Below are positions 62,180 to 64,000 of a stretch of 64,000 nucleotides of DNA, one piece after another. Within the stretch, counting starts at the first letter, position 1, and every line of letters starts with the position of its first letter. The stretch lies in the NCBI GenBank assembly GCA_030265395.1, contig JARFYF010000036.1, forward strand, positions 3,897,290-3,961,289. Reading direction: 5' to 3'. The position numbers and the translations under genes were made by a program. The notes under the pieces were generated by a model, which searched no databases, was not told the DNA's origin, and saw nothing but the letters and a program-made list of their open reading frames with translations. The stretch is from Rhina ancylostomus (lineage: Eukaryota).

Positions 62180-62875
62180 CAAGGTATCTTGGGGGTTCAT
62201 ATCCACAGATCCCTGAAAGTTGCCTCACAAGTGGATAGGGTAGTTTAGAAAGCTTATGGGATGTTAGCATTAATAAGTCGTGGGATCGAGTTTAAGAGCC
62301 GTGAGGTAATGATGCAGCTCTATAAAACTCTGATTAGACCACACTTGGAGTACTGTGTCTAGTTCTGGTCACCTCATTATAGGAAGGATGTGGAAGCATT
62401 GGAAAGGGTGCAAAGGAGATTTACCAGGATGCTGCCTGGGTTAGAGAGTATGGATTATGAGGAAAGACTAATGGAGCTAGGGCTTTACTCTTTGGAGAGG
62501 AGGAGGATGAAGGGAGACATGATAGTGTACAAAATATTAAGAGGAATAGATAGAGTAGACAGCCAGTGTCTCTTTCCCAGGGCAATAATGCTCAATATAA
62601 GAGGGCATGGCTCTAAAGTAATGGGTAGGAAGTTCAAGGGAGATATCAGAGGCAGGTTTTTCACCCAGACAGTGGTTGGTGCATGGAATGCTCTGCCTGG
62701 GGTAGTGGTGGAGGCAGATACATTGGTCAAGTTCAAGAGATTGTCAGATAAGCACTTAGAGGAATTTAAAATAGTGGGAGGAAGGGGTTAGATAGTCTTA
62801 GGCGTAGTTTAAAGGTCAGCACAACATGGTGGGCCAAAGGGCCTGTATTGTGCTGTATAGTTCTATGGTTCTACA
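62180..62875 (+). mobile_element. CR1 LINE 3' fragment, relatively young
   Basis: ALERVQRRFTRMLPGLE..YEERLMELGLYSLERRRMKGD..RGRFFTQTVVGAWNALP. Tail gggccaaagggcctgtattgtgctgtatagttctatggttct. Confidence 0.92.
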
Positions 62876-64000
62876 GCTTTACTAGGTTAGTTTAAGAGTT
62901 TGAAAACGGTATGCAGCTTTATGATGTGCCAATATGCACTAAGATTAAAGTCTCAATTCTCCACTACCAAACTGAAGCACCATAGATTGGAATATGTGTC
63001 CTCCAATCTACTCCTCCATCAATCTGGTCCCTACCCCCCTGGCACTTTTGTGGTAGAAATTACAAAGCTGACATTCACTGGCATGCAGGTGCAATGGAGT
63101 GCTTCGTATTTTTCATTCATCCCAGTTCAAAAACGCAAACTTAACATTAACTGGAGTCTTAGATACAAGTGGATCAGCTATACCAGAATAATGTTTAACA
63201 CTATCAGCTCTCTTTCTGCTGCCACCAATTAACAACTACACATCCAGGTAGCAACTGCAAACTCGTAAACTGTAGAAAGTTCACTCCATCAGATTCAGGT
63301 TTCCATTTCAGATGGCAGCCTTGCAGCATCAAGTTGTACATAATAAATATTTCTGCAGGTTCAAAACTGCTTTATAACAAAGGTTGAGTTTGCAAGTTTA
63401 GGTCAACACTTAAAAGGAATAAAAACATCAAATTTACAGAAACTGTGTCAGATATGAGCTGGAAAAACTAAAACACACCCAAAATCTTCCCTCCATCTAA
63501 GGGCAATTTACTGTCTACTGTGATTCAGTAACATCCAATAACACCACTGTTAATAAAAACAAGAAGGTAAACACCAACTAAACTCCATGCATTTAGGTAT
63601 TTGATAACCACCATGAGCTATAGCACAGGGAGTATTCATGTAATGGTCCATATATCTGGAATGGGAATCTTGACAACATTAAACAAATAATTAACAAGGC
63701 ATGATACAGAAGAAACACAAGTCTTGAACTAATCAGATAAATAATTTTTCTTTGCACCAAATCATTGTTTGTGTTTAATACATGTAAATAATACAATGAA
63801 AGAAGATGTGATATAAAAGATCTTTTATGAGAAATAGAATTGACAAAGCTTTGAATGCATCACTTTCAGAGGGTTTAGGACAAATGAAGATACTTACAAA
63901 GACAAATAAGCAAGAGCTTTACAGGGAGATTAACTACACTAATAGAGATCATGGGTTTTCCAGGTTAATACTTGTTCCCCAACCAACATAAAAGTTGAAA

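Noticed and set aside
62079-64000. First PCIF1 coding exon or promoter
   Set aside because: No credible ATG-containing exon ending in a phase-1 donor and no CpG island were seen. It is probably outside the window.

Overview
Eukaryotic, repeat-rich draft assembly with seven N gaps, most likely a cartilaginous fish (V-SINE/HE1-like, CR1, Penelope-derived and Deu-domain repeats). The window is almost entirely one minus-strand gene, PCIF1 (CAPAM, cap-specific m6Am methyltransferase). I traced 14 coding exons from the WW-domain exon (62078) to the stop codon (6228). All have GT-AG boundaries and compatible phases, 2165 nt in total, and the NPPF catalytic motif is intact. The first coding exon was not found and probably lies beyond 64000. 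The introns hold decayed CR1, RTE, Rex1/Babar, Penelope and Harbinger remnants, SINEs and minisatellites. Most ORFs in the track are spurious or TE fragments. I found no novel protein-coding system. The best second-look items are: (1) short Penelope-derived, often fold-back insertions with minimal hammerhead-ribozyme cores and 10-15 bp TSDs, some in the sense of the PCIF1 pre-mRNA; (2) an initiator-tRNA-Met copy with anticodon CAC directly upstream of a SINE; (3) a 32-bp TG..CA hairpin insertion with a 4-bp TSD; (4) a SINE family with two alternative LINE-like tails; (5) a Ser-rich expansion in one PCIF1 exon that coincides with a gap. Repeat family names come from recalled consensus motifs, not database searches.
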